Shown here piece after piece: positions 1-12,995 of a stretch of 64,000 bases of DNA. Source of the DNA: Halocafeteria seosinensis. Taxonomy: Eukaryota. The stretch lies in NCBI GenBank assembly GCA_001687465.1, contig LVLI01000094.1, positions 62,001 to 126,000 of the forward strand. The letters are read 5' to 3'. How positions within the stretch are numbered: position 1 is the stretch's first letter; each line of letters opens with the position of its first letter. The notes under the pieces were generated by a model, which saw only the letters and a program-made list of their open reading frames with translations, made no database searches and had not been told where the DNA came from. Position numbers and translations under genes: made by a program.

Positions 1-61
1 GAATGTTCAAATGGGTGTCACAAAACTACAAAAAGCATCGGGGTTTCCCGGCTCCCCTTAC

Positions 62-159
62 CTCCCCGTGGGAGCAGTCGGAAGGGACGACTGCTGTTCG
101 GCGTTAGGCCCTAGGAATTCTCCCAAGCTCTGCTTCGTCTTTTTCTTTCCACCCGGCAT
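62..159 (-). CDS. First exon of an eIF4B-like gene; continues off the left edge of the window
   Basis: ATG at 159 reads MPGGKKKTKQSLGEFLGPNAEQQSSLPTAPTG, then a GTAAG donor at 61. KKK..SL.EFL and LPTAP resemble the eIF4B N-terminus. Confidence 0.6.
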
Positions 160-435
160 TTTCGGTGTGCTTGTCTCACCGGTTTCGACCTACAAAAACT
201 AAAATTTACAGCTAGAGGTCAATATCACCGCAGTATGAAGCATATAACCCAGACTTCCTCATTTTCTTGCTTTTTTGAAGTTGAAGTTGTAAGCACCAGA
301 AAAGATTGATGCGTTGAAGTAGCAGCGCGGAATTCAAATGAAGTGGAACCTCGACGGGTTGTTGATACTTCAGAGGCTGTTATGCAGGCGTCCGGGGTAG
401 TTTTCCCAATTGGTTGGCGAAATCTGACGCTTGAA

Positions 436-1554
436 ATGAATGAACAGGAAGAAAGGAAAGAATCAGCGTGGGTCACAGGAGATGTCGACTTGGAAAGGAA
501 ATGGAATCGAGCAGGAGCTGTGAGATCCGGCTGGCCGTCTTTGGATGACACTATCCTTAAGGGCGGGTTTCACCGTAATGAAGTGTGCGACATAACCGGT
601 CCTTCGGGTATAGGGAAGTCGCAGGTACGGTAGGCTTTCCCAGTGGTTTAACTTCTCTGCTACAACCAAAGCTCGCTCTTTCTGCAGGTACTGGCTAGCG
701 TCATCGCCAATGCTTTACTAGAGTTCCCAGATCAGCATGTAACGTTGATTAGTGCTCATGCCTGTCATGGACTCCTCATTCGCATTCAAGAATTGGTTCG
801 GTGCTCTTTAGAGGAGTCCTTCCAGGAAGCATCGGTACGTTACTCGTAGTGGGCATCGCAAATTTGTGTGGCACTTCAGTTTGATGTGGTTCTGAACAGC
901 ACCAGGCGTTAGTCTCCGAAATACGATCACTACTGAGCAATGTATCTGTGAGAATCGTTTCAGATGTATGGGAAAGTGTAGAAGCGCTTAACTCGACACT
1001 TAAGTTAACGCGACAACAACAGAGAAAGTGTTCAGTCGTTGCGTTTGATGCCCTTTCCGAGGCAATAGACATATCCCAGTTGCTTTCTTTTGGGAAGAAG
1101 TTAGGTACGTATCTTGCAGACCGTCTCCAATGTCAAGTATGGAAAGTTTTCATTGGACTCTAGTGCAGCTCGAGGGATGCAAGCTGAACTTTGCAGATTG
1201 CTATTCCTATGCGCGGAAGAACTCCGTTGTGCTGTAATATGCTCCACACGAGCGTCCCCGTCGCAGCTCGAGGATCCCAACGATAAACTAGAGACAATTT
1301 TGTCAATGCGTTGGATGATTACGCGATGCAAAGTGCTAGCAATGTACCGTCCACATAGCAAGGATGCAAACGAGCAAACGACTTGTGTCGGTCTCGTCTC
1401 CAGCAAATATGAACCTGTAGCGGGCCAAAGTGCGGTCATATCCGTGGAGGATCCATCCCTCGTACCATTCAAGAAAAAGAAGGGAAGTTCTGATTCTACG
1501 ACTCCGCGGCAACCTTTGCTGCGTCCTTGGCATGAATTCAGTGCTCCCGCTTGA
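436..1554 (+). CDS. RAD51 paralogue (RAD51D/XRCC2-like RecA-fold ATPase), about 4 exons
   Basis: SGWPSLDDTILKGGFHRNEVCDITGPSGIGKSQ (Walker A) and VVAFDALS (Walker B-like). Introns approx. 625-687, 835-899, 1105-1163. Confidence 0.7.
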
Positions 1555-2729
1555 ACGAAAGGTTTAGAGGAGTGTCACAGTGACAACTGCGAACAGGCAT
1601 GGAGAAACCAAGCAATTCCGGTGCGCTTGATACGCAGAGTATATTTAGGAACGTAATCACAATACTGGCAACATTACTCACAATACTTCTTAGAACTACT
1701 TGTGCTTGGAGACAAGTGCCGAGCTTACATGGCTACTGCTTCCTTTACCATGGTTATTTGGAAATTTATGTGCATGAGCGATGGTCGGTATATGATGGTG
1801 AATGCGTTAAGGAGAATCGCAGAAGACGCCAGATTCGGAACAACTTAAAAAATGTCATCAAGCGCAGCAACCGAAGCGCTGAGGGACGGGCACCTAACGA
1901 GGTTCAAGCATCCAAGGTTTACGATTCCTCTATAGCACTTACGTCGTCGTTTTACTTTTATTCTTTTGTATACGATTCCGAATGTGTCCCGACAAGGGCA
2001 CTGCACCAAGAGATCGACTCTCGCACGACTTGCTGTACAATGGTAGTCCGAACTTCGCTGGATTGAGTGGTAGGTACCGAACAATTTGTTATCAAATTTC
2101 ATTTGCCACACCATCCATTTTTTTTCTTTAACGTCTATGGACATCTTGTTTCTGTTAGTCAGGAGATTCATCATTCCACGTAAGTATCCTCCATCCATCT
2201 GCTGCATTTGAAGACTTCGGATTTTGACTACGCTGTAATACAAAGAAGACAAATGCTCTGTGAGGGAATTGCATTCCACATTTTCTATCGTTTCATTCAC
2301 ACGCGAGATCTATCAGTACGTTCCGCGCATTATATTTGTAGCAGGGCATGCAAGACGACTCAGTCGTCGGGCCTTGCTGGGGGAGGGAGTGAAACGAAAA
2401 GAGCTGTTCCAGCAGCGGTCAAGGCAGGGGAAGGTTGCCACGGGTTCCTTCGATAAAATCCAATGTGAGACACAGCTCATGCATCCTGGGTAGTGGTATC
2501 TACTGGAATGCGAGAGGGGCCAAGATTCGAGGGCCACTATGGACAGCCGTTTATGAAGCTCGACCCGTCAAACAATTGCTTCACTTTGTTCGTTGATGCG
2601 GCTATGGTGCGGTGAACGCCCGTACTCTTCCCCGCCTCCTCCGTGCCATGGTGGGTTTGATGATGTTCTTTTGACCTGCAGTAGAAGGGATCCCTTTGGT
2701 TTGTGCTGTATAGAGGAATTTAGGGCGCG

Positions 2730-5700
2730 ATGTACGCTTCCGCAAACAGTCGTTCGTCCTCCCGAGGCCCTCCACCACCTTCGGGTGGTGTGGGGTCACC
2801 CTATCACTATGTGGGGGAGCTGGAAGAGCAACGCCAAATCAGCTCAATAGACCATCAGCAACAGCAGCCTCCCATGTCTGAGAGCTACAGCCAGTCAATG
2901 GCGGCCTCCGCCGGTATGAATACGGAGAATGGGCCGATCCAACAGATGCCGGTAACGAGCAGGGCAGAGGATGAACAGGGACAGCATGAGGACAATGAAC
3001 ATAATCGAAGCACAACGCTGTCAGAGTCTTCGGGAGGTGGTGGAGGCTACTTCAACACCTCACAGGATTCCACAGGAAGCAATAATAATAACTTTAAGGT
3101 GGTCATTCGAGTTCGTCCTCCTTTGCAAAGGGAGATGCAGGAAGATTTCGTCAACTGCGTCAAGTCTGATGAACACCGGAATCAAATTACCATCTCTGAA
3201 GGAGCGGACAATTCAGGATATGCCGGCGCATCTCATACGTTTACCTTTGACAAGGTACGCTTTTTTCGATACGCATACTAAGATTGCTTGCATAACCTGA
3301 AGAATGTGTTTTTGGCCGTATTTTATACAGGTATATGGGACGACAGATGACCAAAAGAAAGTATACGAGACGACGGCGCAAGGGGTCGTTAGCAGCAGTT
3401 TGCAGGGGTATAATGTGAGTTCCGTTCACTGAGTTATCAGAGTACCCCAGTGCACAGGGTTACATTGTGTATCAATGCTGGTTGTTTCTGTTGCAGGCGA
3501 CCATTTTCGCATATGGTCAAACGGGTACGGGGAAAACGTACACAATGGAAGGTTTCAACTCTCAGGAGGAACGCGGAATCATACCTCGAGCAATTGAGCA
3601 AATATTCCAACATATCCGAAGCTCTGTTTCTCCAAGAATGCGCTTCCTTGTACGAGCATCCTACCTCCAGATATATAATGAGGTTATTTCGGACCTCTTA
3701 AAACCAGAGAGAACAAACTTGAGTATCCGAGAAGATAAGAAGAAGGGTGTATTCGTAGAGGGACTTTCAGAATGGGTCGTCAGGTCACCCGCAGAAATAT
3801 ATGGTCTAATGGAGCGTGGTGGAACGGTTCGGGCTACCGGTAGTACAAAGATGAATCACATGTCAAGCAGAAGTCATGCTGTATTTATCATTATTGCCGA
3901 GCAGAGCGAGACCACCTATGTAGACGATCAAGGGAGAGAACTTAGCTCTGAAGAGTTCCAAGCTCTTGTCAAAAGCCGACCTCAGGGGGATGCCATGCGA
4001 CAGTTGGAAACGAATGTTAGGCAATGTTTTAAAGTGGGCAAGCTTAACTTGGTCGATTTGGCTGGTTCTGAACGAGTACGGCTGACAGGAGCCACTGGCC
4101 AGCGCCTCGAAGAAAGCAAGAAGATCAATCAGTCGCTATCAGCCCTGGGAAATGTGATAGCAGCTTTGACCGACACCCGCGGCAGACAGCATATTCCATA
4201 CAGAGACTCAAAGCTCACAAGGATCTTGGAGGATTCCCTCGGAGGCAACTGCAAGACAACTATGATGGCTATGATCAGCCCTGCCTTAGAGGTAAGCAAT
4301 TCGACAACAAGAATCGAACTGTCGTTCCCTGTTGTATTGATGGATTCGTTTTTACCAGGCTTTTGTGGAATCTCTTTCCACACTGAAATTCGCCAATCGT
4401 GCCAAGAACATTAAGAACGAGGCTAGAGTCAATGAGGACTTGGACCAGAAAAGTCTCTTGCGAAGATACGAGAGAGAGCTAAAGCGTCTTCGAACAGAGT
4501 TAGACCAGCGAAGCAGTATGTTTGAGATATCATTGGTCTGAAAGTGTCTCTTCTTTGTATATCTGGATACCTTTTCATCCTGCTGCAGGGACGGTTGTGG
4601 ACAAACGACGATTGCTAGAATTAGATGAACAACGACGCCGAGCTGAGCAGGACAAAATGGCAGCTATTCAGGCTCTTGAACGGCGAAGCGAAGAATTTAT
4701 GAAGGAAAAGGAAGATAAACGACAACTAGAGGAAAGAATTAATCTTCTTCAGGGTCAGGTGCTTGTTGGTGGTACGGAAGGCAAAAATGTACAAGATACT
4801 CCTGCCTTCCGGAATGCCCTAAAGGAACACCAAGAAAAGATAAGACGTGAATACGAATCACGGCTTCACGAGCTCGAGCGGGAAAGAGAAACAATAGAGG
4901 AAGAAAAGGCACAGGTGGACCGGTATAAACAGCTTTTACTAAAACAAAGGGATATCATGATTCTCCTGACTCAACGGCTGAACGAGCGTGACGACCAGTA
5001 AGTATCCTTCGACCCACACTAAAGCCAGAGCGATGTTGTATATCTACCCTCTACATTTGCCTCCTCAATGCAGGATCGTTGCACTCCAAGATGAGCTTGA
5101 TGCATACGACAGACACCAACGCGAATTGGAAGAGAAACTCGATGAGAAGACCGCATCTTTAATCCATCTTCAAAGAGTTACCATGGAGCAATCAGTTTCC
5201 AGTCCTGATAAGAATGCCGAGATATCTGCAGCGCTTGGTGATTGGGCGTCTAGCAGTAGCCCAAACACTCATAATGCATCTGCCCCTACTGAGAGCCGTG
5301 TTAGCCATCATGGAACTTCAACAACGCAGACGACTACTAGCGCAAAAGAGGCATTTAGAACCAGAGAAGGATACCAAAATGTGTCGTCCTCTCATCTCGT
5401 TGAGACGAAACAGTTCAAGCCGTATCAAGCTCCAACTGTATTCACTGGAGATGATGACAACAATGAAGGGGCGACAGGCTCGCCAAATCTATTATCCGCA
5501 GAAGAAAAGATAAACGAATTACAAAACCTCGTCGAAAGTGGGAAGAATGAACGAGAGCGCCTTGCTCGAGAGCTGGAAGAAGTACAAGCTGAAAAGGTGT
5601 CAATGGAGTACCTCCTTCGCGAAAAACTAGAAAAGCTTGTTCAAAGCGAAATCGAAGCACGCTTAGCCGCGTACAAACACGATGAGGCTTCCAACATTAT

Positions 5701-6085
5701 GAAAATGAATGGAGATTCGGGTGAAGCAGCCAAGGCGGCTGCAGAAGCTGATGTCGAAGGTGCGAAAGCTGAAGTCGAGAAAATGCAAGCTCAATTATCC
5801 GCCAAGGATGCTGCTCTCGAACAAACCGAAAACGAGTTGCAGTCTGTGAAGGGCAAACTCGAAACTCATGAGAAGGAACGGAAAGCCATCCAAACGATTG
5901 TCGAACACAAGATTAGTTCTTTAGTGAACGAGATCTCAAAGCTCACGAACTCCTTGTCTTCCACTACCGATAGTGGTTCTTCATCGACTGCCGGCCGTCG
6001 TCAAAGTGAATTAGCTCGTCAAGTACGCGCGTTGCATCGCCTCGTGAATGCCACGACGAGTGCGTTACAACAAAGCAATGTGTAG
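2730..6085 (+). CDS. Kinesin with N-terminal motor domain and coiled-coil tail, multi-exon
   Basis: [23 protein letters not shown] (P-loop), [34 protein letters not shown]; long heptad tail. Start codon uncertain (2730 or later). Confidence 0.95.
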
Positions 6086-6269
6086 AGGGGATCCTCTGCA
6101 TTAGAGTTTGTACACACACAAAAAATGCACTTTTCCGCAAACAGGAGGGGTTTTGAAAACTTCAATCCCTTACTCTAGTTCATGCGGCTGATATTGTATA
6201 CATCAAGGCGTAAAAAGATCAATTACATGTATATTTGCTTTCGTTTGTTGGTTGGTTAAGACAATAACA

Positions 6270-7737
6270 ATGAGCAATCAGCAGGAGGTGCAGCCTGAAA
6301 TCACCCCCACCTCGGGGTTTTGGTACGTCCAATGCTGTCATACGAGAGGCCCATGGACCCCCTCTTACAAGGTTACTTGGCCTGTACTGTACACAGGTTT
6401 GACGAGGAGCTATCTCCGACGATGACCATCCGGATGCTCTTAAAATCGATCTTATACAACGAACGATCTGAGTTCCAGAATGCGCAAATCATTGAGACAG
6501 GGCCTTTTGGGAAGACATTGGTGTTGGATTCCAAAACACAGTCTGCGCTCTTTGATGAGTTCGTGTACCATGAGAACCTTGTTCACCCCGTCATGATTAG
6601 CCACCCTAACCCGAAGAGTGTGTTCATTGGAGGCGGTGGGGAATTGGCCACGGCCCGCGAAGTTGCCAAACATCCATCCGTCGAGCGCATCGTGATGGTG
6701 GACTTGGATAAGACAGTCGTGGAAATTTGCAAGGAACACCTCCCTGAATGGCATGGAGGTGTGATTGACGACCCTCGGTTGGAACTGCACTATGATGATG
6801 CCAAGGCCTGGCTCGAGAAGTAAGTATGAGTTAGTGACACACCCGCCCACTGAAACGAGATACAAAAAATACTAATGGGCGCGCGTGTGTGTGTGTGTTT
6901 GTTTTTGTTTTGTTTTTTACTACAGCTGTAACGAGAAGTTTGATGTAGTTATAATGGATATCGCCGATCCTATCGAGGCAGGCCCCGGGGTCATGCTCTA
7001 CACTGAAGAGTTTTACAACTTTATACACAAGTGTTTACAGCCTGGAGGACACTTCGTCACACAATCGGGTCCAGGATCAGTTATGAATGCTAACGAATGC
7101 TTCAGCGTCATTCACAAGACATTAAGACAATCGTTTCAACATGTCGTCCCGTATACCTGTGATATCCCCTCATTTGGCTGCAACTGGGCTTTTAACATGG
7201 GATTCAAGGAGGATACAGAATTGTAAGTGACTCTTCTTTCAAATTCTCCTTCATTTGTTCGTGGTTGTAGGTGGGGAAATCTGCTCAACTGAAGTCTACC
7301 AACCTGCGAGATTGAGGTTGAGCAGGTTTTGTGGGGGAGACGCATGGCAAGCCTCTGACTGAATGACCGAATCCTAATGAATTTTTTCTCATTCAGATTT
7401 AGTCTTGCCAATATCAAATTCTTGCAAGTCCTTGGTTTTCTTTGAAACTTTCGCGTTCATGATATTAGGAACAATATTTGCTAGAGACAATTTGCTATGC
7501 TATCAATGCAGAGTCCAGAAGACGAAAGCAGGCGGCAAGAAGTCCCCTGTACAATACCTTTTGGATCTTCCTACGGAAGAACTGGATAACTTGTTAAAGA
7601 GTAGGGTCAAAGGTGATTTACGGTTCATGGATGGGGAGGCTCTAAAGGGGGTATTGGGAGTACCGAAAGCAGTACGTCAAGTACTCGAGAATGAGAAACG
7701 GTATATGACACGGGATAATCCAGTTTACATGTATTAA
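6270..7737 (+). CDS. Polyamine aminopropyltransferase, thermospermine synthase (ACL5)-like, 4 exons
   Basis: SEFQNAQIIETGPFGKTLVLD, YHENLVHP, FIGGGGELATARE, DIADPIEAGPG, FVTQSGP, PSFGCNWAF. Last intron 7223-7511 (phase 2) joins ...DTEL|VQKTK...NPVYMY*. Confidence 0.85.
7245..7416 (+). ncRNA. Structured intronic RNA: two hairpins, candidate H/ACA-like guide RNA or cis-regulatory element
   Basis: Stems 7245-7254/7331-7340, 7277-7289/7317-7329, 7345-7351/7404-7410 and 7359-7366/7389-7396. 7x7 internal loop with an AUA triplet (7411-7413) 14 nt below the top of the pocket. No canonical ANANNA H box seen. Confidence 0.45.
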
Positions 7738-7791
7738 ACTTAACTATCGGCGACACGGGAATACAATGCAAGTGGCTGCATACACCGCTCA

Positions 7792-8431
7792 TTATTCGCC
7801 ACCAGCAGCAGCTGCTGCTGCTGCTGCCTCCAGCTTTTCGCGCTCTTTGGCTTCTTTCTCTTCAGCGTGGCGCCTTCGAATATACGGCGGGATTTCTAGG
7901 TTCTCTTGATACTCCATGATCGTCCTGTTCGAAAAAGCATTCAGATCAATGATACACTCGCCCCAAAATGAGATCTACGATTGTAACGTACTTAATCCAC
8001 TCATCTCGCTCATCATCACTTGAAGCGCGTAAAGTCAAGTTTTTCGGGTACGCTTGTATAAGAAATTCATGTTCTGACGAGCCTTCTACGGGTGCACAGA
8101 AGAAGTTATTCAAGGAAATGACACCCAAAGGCTTCTTCGGTTCCTTGGCATGCTGGAATCGAAAAAATAAATCACGCCAACAAGTAGGACTACCGGATCC
8201 CGGCATTCCATTCAACCGTCGCTTACCTGTTGCTGGTCGGTATAATACGACAGATGGTCGCGCAAGACAAAGTATCGGCTTCTCCAAGTCTGCAATATAT
8301 CCATGAATCATATGAATGCCAAATTTATGGAGCATCGAGCATGCAACACATACTTTATGGCCTCCTTGTCCTCCACCTTGTTTCTTGAGGATCCCTTGCT
8401 TGCGAATCTCAGCTTCCTCTAGAGGCTCCAT
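7792..8431 (-). CDS. Small PH-domain protein, about 4 exons
   Basis: IRKQGILKKQGGG..., WRSRYFVL, KPLGVISL, LRASSDDERDEWIK are PH motifs; acidic/Ala-rich C-terminus ends at TAA 7794-7792. Confidence 0.85.
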
Positions 8432-9718
8432 CTTTCCAATCCAGCGAAATACTATTACGATTGCAAATTGGCTAATATTGAAGCAAGCGAGTGGAGGTAA
8501 GCGCAGACCATACCAACAATTCCATTCTTCGGCATGATTACGCTCTGTGCTGCAGCCTGCAGCTCGTCGCAACCGCCTGCAGTCGCAAGTGTATCGGTTA
8601 TGCCGGCTGCTGGCCCCGTTGCAACCACTTTGTATTGTACGGACTATTACTTCCATCATGCCACGCTGGACTAGCCATTCAATGAACTGTTAATCAGCGC
8701 ATACTTCTGCTATCATTGACGGATGTAGTTGCTTAGTGTCTCGTTCTCAGTGTCGGTTGGTTCCGAAGTTCCGAACCTATCTGCAGCATGAGAAGCAGAA
8801 CAGTTGGCCCAACGCACCCTCAATACTATGAGTCAATAGTGTCCATTCGATATCATAGACTTGTTGTATAGCAATAGGGAAGTAGATGCACCATTATGTG
8901 CTCTGACAAGACTGTCAAGCTGCTAAATGGCTCTCGACGGGGCTCCCTTCCCTCCAATATGCACGCGGGCTGCATCCCTCCCCAGTAGGGTGCCGTTTAA
9001 ACGATGGAGCTTCTCTGTGGTTTTCCAAACCTCATTAGAACCGGCTCGCTCAAAACATGTTCAACTTAGCTCGTGGTTCAAGTTGCTCGACGTGAACTGT
9101 TTGGGGGGTTTACAACAGTTGGCACCGCTTCACGATAATGCGTACCGGCACAGACCTTTCTGAAGTGCCTAGGAGTGGCTAAACTCGTGGAAACGCCGTG
9201 TGCTCGGAATTTTCTCAACACAGACCGTAAGCCTGAGGGCATTGCAATGCTTGCATATTCCTGGACGTTCTTGAAGCTCCAAGTGGCTGATGAACGGTTG
9301 ATCCTCACTGTCAGCTACGGGTACTGTACATGATGAACGGGTTGATTAGCGCGCCTCCAGCAATATAATCCAAAATTTGGTCCCAATAGTAGCTTGTCTG
9401 CATCTAAACCCGTAGCAGGGTGTTACATTGTCCTTCGTACCCTCTTATTTGATATTGTGGTCCGTTGCAACGCGTAGACCTCACCATCTCCGGCGTGTTT
9501 CTAGACCCATAGAAGACGGATTTTGTAAGCAGGTATGGCATCTCAACGGTTTATTCCTTATAGAGACTGTTCTCTTGCTATATGGACGTCCAAATAGACA
9601 CACTGTTGCATTTATGTGTCCCGTTTTCCTTGCAGAGACTGGCAATAGAGAACGGGAAAAGGAATTTCCTATTTTTCTAGGACAAATACAGAGAGGCCTG
9701 CCACTCTATTCGGATATA

Positions 9719-11038
9719 ATGGAGCCTTTCACGTTGAGCAAACGCTCGCAACAGAAGAAAAGGCGACGCTCGGAAGATGAGATGCCGGCCGCCTATTTAG
9801 TAGGCCCGACAGTCGAGTAAGATGTTCAAAATATCTTTTCGCTTCCTCCCTTGTATTCGAGCCCTCCTTTCGTCTGCGTTTAATGTTCCAGTGATTCGCA
9901 ACATCATTTCACTCCCACTGGGGGACTAGATACTCGGGCAAACTACCCAGGGGATGAGGTCCGAGTTCTTCGAGGAAGAAGAATTATCAGTCCTGCCGAC
10001 CCCAAATGGGACTTCGACAAAGACAATAAGCTTAGAATGCTGGTAGCAGAGTTGAGTACTCGAGACTGGAGTAGGGTACGTACTGTATTAAAGAGTTAGT
10101 ATGTTGTATTTTACACCAGCCTCATTGCATGAACACATCGCAGGTCGCCTTGATGTTGGGAGACCCTTCTTTGACCCCTTCAGAATGTAAGAACCGATGG
10201 AACAAGATCTTGAAGGTAAAACAGGCACAAGAGGTTTCCATTGTCCTCCAGGCATCTGCAGTCTGTTAGTCGCGGTGTTACGCAGGTGAACCGGACGTGT
10301 GGTCCATGGACATCAAAAGAGGATAACGACTTAACCCGCTTTGTTCGAGAAATTCAAAACAGTGGAGATAAGAGGCATGCAAAGCACATACAATGGGCAG
10401 ACGTCGCTGCTAAGATGATATGGAGAGACGGAAAACAATGCCGGGAAAGGTGGTGCAACCAACTCAACCCAGATATCAGTCACGGTAAGTACCGTCACTC
10501 GGCTTGGCAGATCGAAGAATTGCACTGTCCAAGATTCCTGCTGACAGGTTCCTGGACCAACGAGGAGAAACGCATAGTCTTTGAGGCCCAGCGGCGACTC
10601 GGAAACAGATGGAGCCAAATCGCGAAAAAAGTGCCCGGAAGAACGGAGAGTGCAGTGAAGAACTTGTTCAACACCTACAAGAGGAAATCTGAAAGAGGGG
10701 TCGGTCTAGAACCAAGAGAGTGCCCGGTCTACTATCCACCGTATGCCACTGCTCCTCCCCCCCGCGAAGCACCCATGGAATCAGCCGCTCCGATGAATGT
10801 GGACTTCAATGTGAATCAAATGATCTCAGAGCCTTTCCATACCATGCCGCCACCCCCTTTCCCACACTACAATATGATTGAAACGGTACAATCGGACCAA
10901 TTTCTGTTCCACAACATGATGCCTCCCATGTGTGCTCATCAGGATGATCAAAGCGACAGCTCAGACTACTCTGAACCCCTCACACGCCCCGGGAATTCCG
11001 CCAAATGGGACTTCGGCACACTTTACCCGCACGGCTGA
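9719..11038 (+). CDS. Myb transcription factor with three repeats (divergent R1 plus R2R3)
   Basis: [82 protein letters not shown]; Pro/Met-rich tail. Confidence 0.9.
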
Positions 11039-11168
11039 TGTTTCGTGTTCAAATCATCGCATATCAAATATGTGACACCATGCAATAAATCACATCATTC
11101 CAAGTTGAAATGCAGTATTGTACATAATTTGTTTACATCTGTTTGCTCCTGAACTGAACGCATCGTCT

Positions 11169-12995
11169 TCAGGATCCGATCTTGTGCATCGTCTGCTTCC
11201 TGAATGACAACGGGTCATCTACATATTGCCTTGCATTCTCATCTATTCTAGAGGGATCGTACTCATAGTTGACCATTATACCACCTGATTCCGCGATCCC
11301 CTGCAGCAAGAAAAGTTGCTCTAAGTGGCAAAGACAGAACAAGTTCCAGTCAGCATAAGGATACTTACTTTACTAGACATGTTCGCTCCAAAGTTAATGC
11401 GTACAGGAAAGGCTCCGTTAGACATATGGAAATTTGCTACAGGGCAGTGGCTTTGTCCAGCTCCTGCATCTCGATAACCATTCCCCACAGTGTCCTTATT
11501 GAGAACACCACGCGGCGCATGACAGAGGTACCATCCAACAAGCCGACAAACCGGCTTTTCTATCTTCTTCCATAAATCTGTGTCCCAGGGGAGATTCGAA
11601 TCATCTATATCGTATGCCTGAGCCAAAATGCTACCCTCTTGTTCAGGAACGAGAGACAGCGGAGAGGAGAGAATCTCGAAGAAGACTTTCAAACTCCTGG
11701 CGAGGGGATTTGCAGAAGGGCCAACACCAGATATATTGCGACCACCTTGCTTCAATATGTCATCTGCAAGCTCCATGTTTTCCTCGAGAAGCAGCGGATC
11801 AGATTGCATCTGCAGCACGCTGGCGAGCTCGTCATCTTGCTCGACAGCTTTGTATGTTTGGCGTAGCCACTGGCGGAACACTGGAAGAGGGGATAGTGTA
11901 CAAAACCGCACAAGGGACGGGTATTCGCGTCTTAGCTTATCTACGGATTCATATATCAGATATCGTGGGATATTGATGCCTTTGAGGGCATTCTCAATTA
12001 GGCCCACGGAGTAGAAATTCGCAACCTTAAAACTTGTTTCCGGTTCCCCATAAGTGTTGAGACATTTACTCCCGGTCCATTTACCAATATATCCCATGGA
12101 TGGTGCCAGCTCCGGAGTCAACGCCGCGTGAATGAACGCACAGGGGAGTGTTCTTGTATGACTGCAATGGGAGTAAGCAAACACTCTCCTCCCATATCCA
12201 AGTCGCTGTCGCAAGCGCCATAGTCGATCTGTAGGGTGCACTGACTCGGCAGCGGCGAGAAGCTCCAACACGTAGCTTGGGCTATCAACAGAAACTGACA
12301 CCATTTTGAGGAACATTCGTTTGTATGCTTGTGATAGAACCTTCACTAAGGAACTGTCCATTCTATGCAAGGACTTCTGATTCTCCTGGTGTGATCGCCT
12401 TCTTTGAAGCACTCGTCTACGCATGTGCAACAGAAGCTGCAAAGAGCTGCTTTCATACTTAAGACAGGAATCAAAGAGTTCATCTAGTCCCTCGGATGAG
12501 TGGTTTTCCAGCCCATCGATCAGTGAATCCACTACCCTGTGAGAAATATCTTGTTTGCCGGCGCGGGGTAAATGGAACAAGTAGTCCTCCTCTCCAAAAT
12601 CCTCGTGGTATAACTGAACTATTCTTGTAACGCGTTCGCGAACGTAGAAATCACTCCGTTGACTAGGGATAGCATCCGTAAAGTCACTCTGTAGAGGTAA
12701 TAGCGGGAGCCAGTTTGGCGTGAAAATCCATCACAGAGTTTGCAGGCCACGTACAAGTAAACACTGAACCTTTCGATTCGATGTGTCCCCTAGGGTCTCA
12801 GCGTCGTCATGCACTCTGTGAACAGTAAGTCTCTGTCTATCAACACTGTTGTGGGTACCTGGATGCCAAGCTGCACCTGCAGCTTCCAATCTGGATATCC
12901 ATACTCGCCGTAAAATTATCGACGCCGGTCTCATTTTCTTCGCCGCCGGCCACACTTACTGTCTGCGTGGACGCTTTATCATCATCCTCATTCAT
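11169..12995 (-). CDS. MLYCD: Malonyl-CoA decarboxylase; 5' end uncertain and may extend further upstream
   Basis: LRQRLGYGRRVFAY, AFIHAALT, NFYSV...LKGI, FCTLSPLPVFRQWL, CPVANFHMSNGA, and after an intron GIAESGGIMVNYEY. Confidence 0.88.

Noticed and set aside
30..135. Hairpin-rich stretch with CTTACCT, resembling U1 snRNA or an SRP/MRP RNA
   Set aside because: Better explained as the minus-strand eIF4B-like exon and its GTAAG donor; no other snRNA motifs.
1599..2537. Overlapping 75-155 aa ORFs on both strands
   Set aside because: No recognisable motif or consistent splice pattern; left unannotated.
7340..7410. AUGA-containing hairpin as a SECIS element, or the intron as a TPP riboswitch
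   Set aside because: Intronic location with no Sec codon in the gene; TPP core motifs (CUGAGA, CUGAU) are absent.
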